DNA of 64,000 nt from contig NC_073391.1 in NCBI RefSeq assembly GCF_028641065.1, positions 12,586,001 through 12,650,000 of the forward strand, given 5' to 3'. This DNA comes from Leucoraja erinacea. Taxonomy: Eukaryota. Position numbers and translations under genes: made by a program. Under the pieces are notes generated by a model. It saw nothing but the letters and a program-made list of their open reading frames with translations. It was not told the origin of the DNA and did not search any database. This document shows, piece after piece, positions 61,690 to 64,000 of this stretch (positions within the stretch are counted from its first letter, which is position 1; every line of letters begins with the position of its first letter).

Positions 61690-61819
61690 CTGAAGAAGGG
61701 TCTCGACCCAAAACGCAACCCACTCCTTCTCTCTAGAGATGCTGCCTGTCCCGCTGAGTTTCTCCAGCATTTTATGTCTATCTTCGGTTTAAACCAGCAT
61801 CTGCAGTTCTTTACTACAC
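61690..61819 (+). mobile_element. Penelope pLTR monomer starting at the hammerhead core
   Basis: CTGAAGAAGGGTCTCGACCCAAAACG. TSD TATTTTATGT (61680-61689, 61820-61829). Confidence 0.9.
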
Positions 61820-64000
61820 TATTTTATGTTGGAATTATAAAAAAAGTGCGAAGGCCTTTCAGGGAAAATTAAATTATCCAAACTTTCACAATCAAACTTT
61901 CTTAGCAGAGAATTAAATTCATATATTTTAGTATCTTTTTATTATAAATTATATAAAAGCAATCTATATAAAAAGCTGGCTGTATAGAATAGTTTTTGTT
62001 AATCATTACTGAAAACAGTATCAATGTCCATATTCAATACAGGAACTGTTATTTCACAATATGAGCAATACTACTATGAGCAGTTCCATAATACTGTTGT
62101 AGATAAGATATGATTGTTGCAAGGCAATGAAGCAAACATTGGTACAGTAAGTCTATGTGACCATTAGAGTAAGTGGTGGGGACTGTTATTTGCGGTTGTA
62201 AAATATTTTAAATCCGTATGTAGGATTGGACGACAATGTAGAAATGAAAGATAACCATAATTGAAGAATTGCTTCAGCTATAATAGAACGCAAAGCCACA
62301 GTACTGTAATGTCAGCTCTTTTTCTTGTGAAATTAAAAAATTCCAAACTATATAAGAAATTAAGGAATGAAATTATAAAATACATAAAATTCAAGTAACA
62401 GGTATACATAAAATCCAGTTATTTTATGTGCAATCATAAAATGAAATTATAGAATGCATAAAACTAAATTTACATGAAAGCATAAAAGTATAATCAAAGC
62501 TGGTGAAATTTTGCCAGTTCTTCCTCTTTAATGTTTGTGACAGAAGTAGTTGAATTGTGTGCACAAGGTTCTAGTAATGCTTTTGCTTCTGCTCACTCTG
62601 CTTACAGGGTCCAGCTTCCCAAAATGATAATAAGTATTTTGATAGTTTTCCCATATTTTAATGTTGGCTCCTTATCTGCAATGTCAGCATTTTGTCCAAG
62701 TCTTTCTGACAAGGTTAACGCCCACAGCCATTTCCTGTTATGCCTCATACTGACCATGGTGGGCTGCTGTATATTTTCCAACGCCCACTCTTCTGTCTCT
62801 AGAAGGAGATCATGTCATTAGACACAGACAATGAATCATTATAATTGCTCTAATATGACAAAACTGCTATGCTGCCTTAAAGGGACCACATCCTTTTGCC
62901 AGCATACATCCTATCATTCCAAATATCATTGCAAAGAAAATATGTTGAAGTTTAATTAAAAACCTGAAGCCCATTTAGAGCAAGTAAACAAATTGGCTTT
63001 ATATTATGAATTTATATTATACATTTTATTATATATCTCTATATGACCAATTGTATTTGGCACAAATTGCACACTATTTCAATGTGAATTCTATGCTCTG
63101 GGTACATGCTAAAGTAATCACTTAAATTTCTTAATTAAAGTAAAATACTTCAAGATTTTGATCTCTGTTGTACAGGTTAAAGTCCCTGAAATGTTCTCCA
63201 TAAAGGAAATGGACATTGATCCAATTTTTCTTACAGTGTTTTGATTCTACAAGAGAGCTCAGGAGAGCTAATGATTTCTAAAACTTTTCCAGCCAGGAGT
63301 TATGTGTCTCTGTACATGTAAACCTGAGGGATTTCTTGGTAGTTGTACAAGCCAATTCTTCAGCAAGCACCGAGCCCTTGTCTACAGAAATTTTGCAGCT
63401 CCTCCTGTGTATAATTTTCAACAGATAAATATTCAGCAAATGGCAAACTTCCGTGGAAATGGTTCACATCTGTTTTCACTTCCTCTAAATCATCCTCGAG
63501 AAATATTTAGAAGACAGTAATTGACAGAAAATTATTTTCTTCAAAAAATGACTGCCAAGCAGTTATTATCGAGGCAAATGCAAGAGGGGGGGAAAACAAA
63601 GAGATTAGTAAAAGGATGAGTATATCTTTCTATCATGACAACCTTTATCCTTTTGGCCAACAAACAATATGTGAGCTGTATTGGGAGGTTAAAAATTGGG
63701 TGAGGGGCCTTTACCAGAAATAATAACTTCCTTGAGAATAACTTACTTGCTACTCACTTTTATGCTATTGGCATTTTTCAACTTCATGCAAGTGGCATAT
63801 TCAAGTGTAATCGATGCATTCACCACTATAGTTTATTTTAAAAGGAACTCTTATTTCAGCATTGTATCAAGATCCACACATGTTTATACTGAAACAATGA
63901 ATCCTTTCTGCCTCATCCATTGATGAATTCTCTTGATGTATTACAGTAACACACAAGACAGACTTTGCTAACTTTTAACATTTTGCAGTTTGTTTATGTT

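Overview
Vertebrate non-coding DNA, most likely from a skate or ray (Chondrichthyes), judged from its repeat content: HE1-like V-SINEs with (CTAAA)n tails, cartilaginous-fish CR1s, Rex-Babar and Penelope elements. I find no intact protein-coding gene. The window looks like a very long intron or gene desert, with dense mobile-element debris and several repeat-poor, homeobox/SOX-motif-rich blocks that resemble conserved enhancers. The most notable signals: (1) about two dozen short Penelope-derived elements that carry a minimal hammerhead-ribozyme motif, often as head-to-head inverted dimers with 10-15 bp target-site duplications (TSDs), physically linked to a GIY-YIG Penelope fragment. (2) Three non-autonomous Helitrons with the same 3' hairpin but different cargo, one carrying a CpG-rich promoter/first-exon-like segment. 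(3) A Tigger MITE resembling mammalian MER47. (4) PIF/Harbinger MITEs plus fossils of both Harbinger genes. (5) Candidate minus-strand exons and a candidate recursive splice site. Family names come from motif recognition, not database searches, and boundaries of old repeats are approximate.
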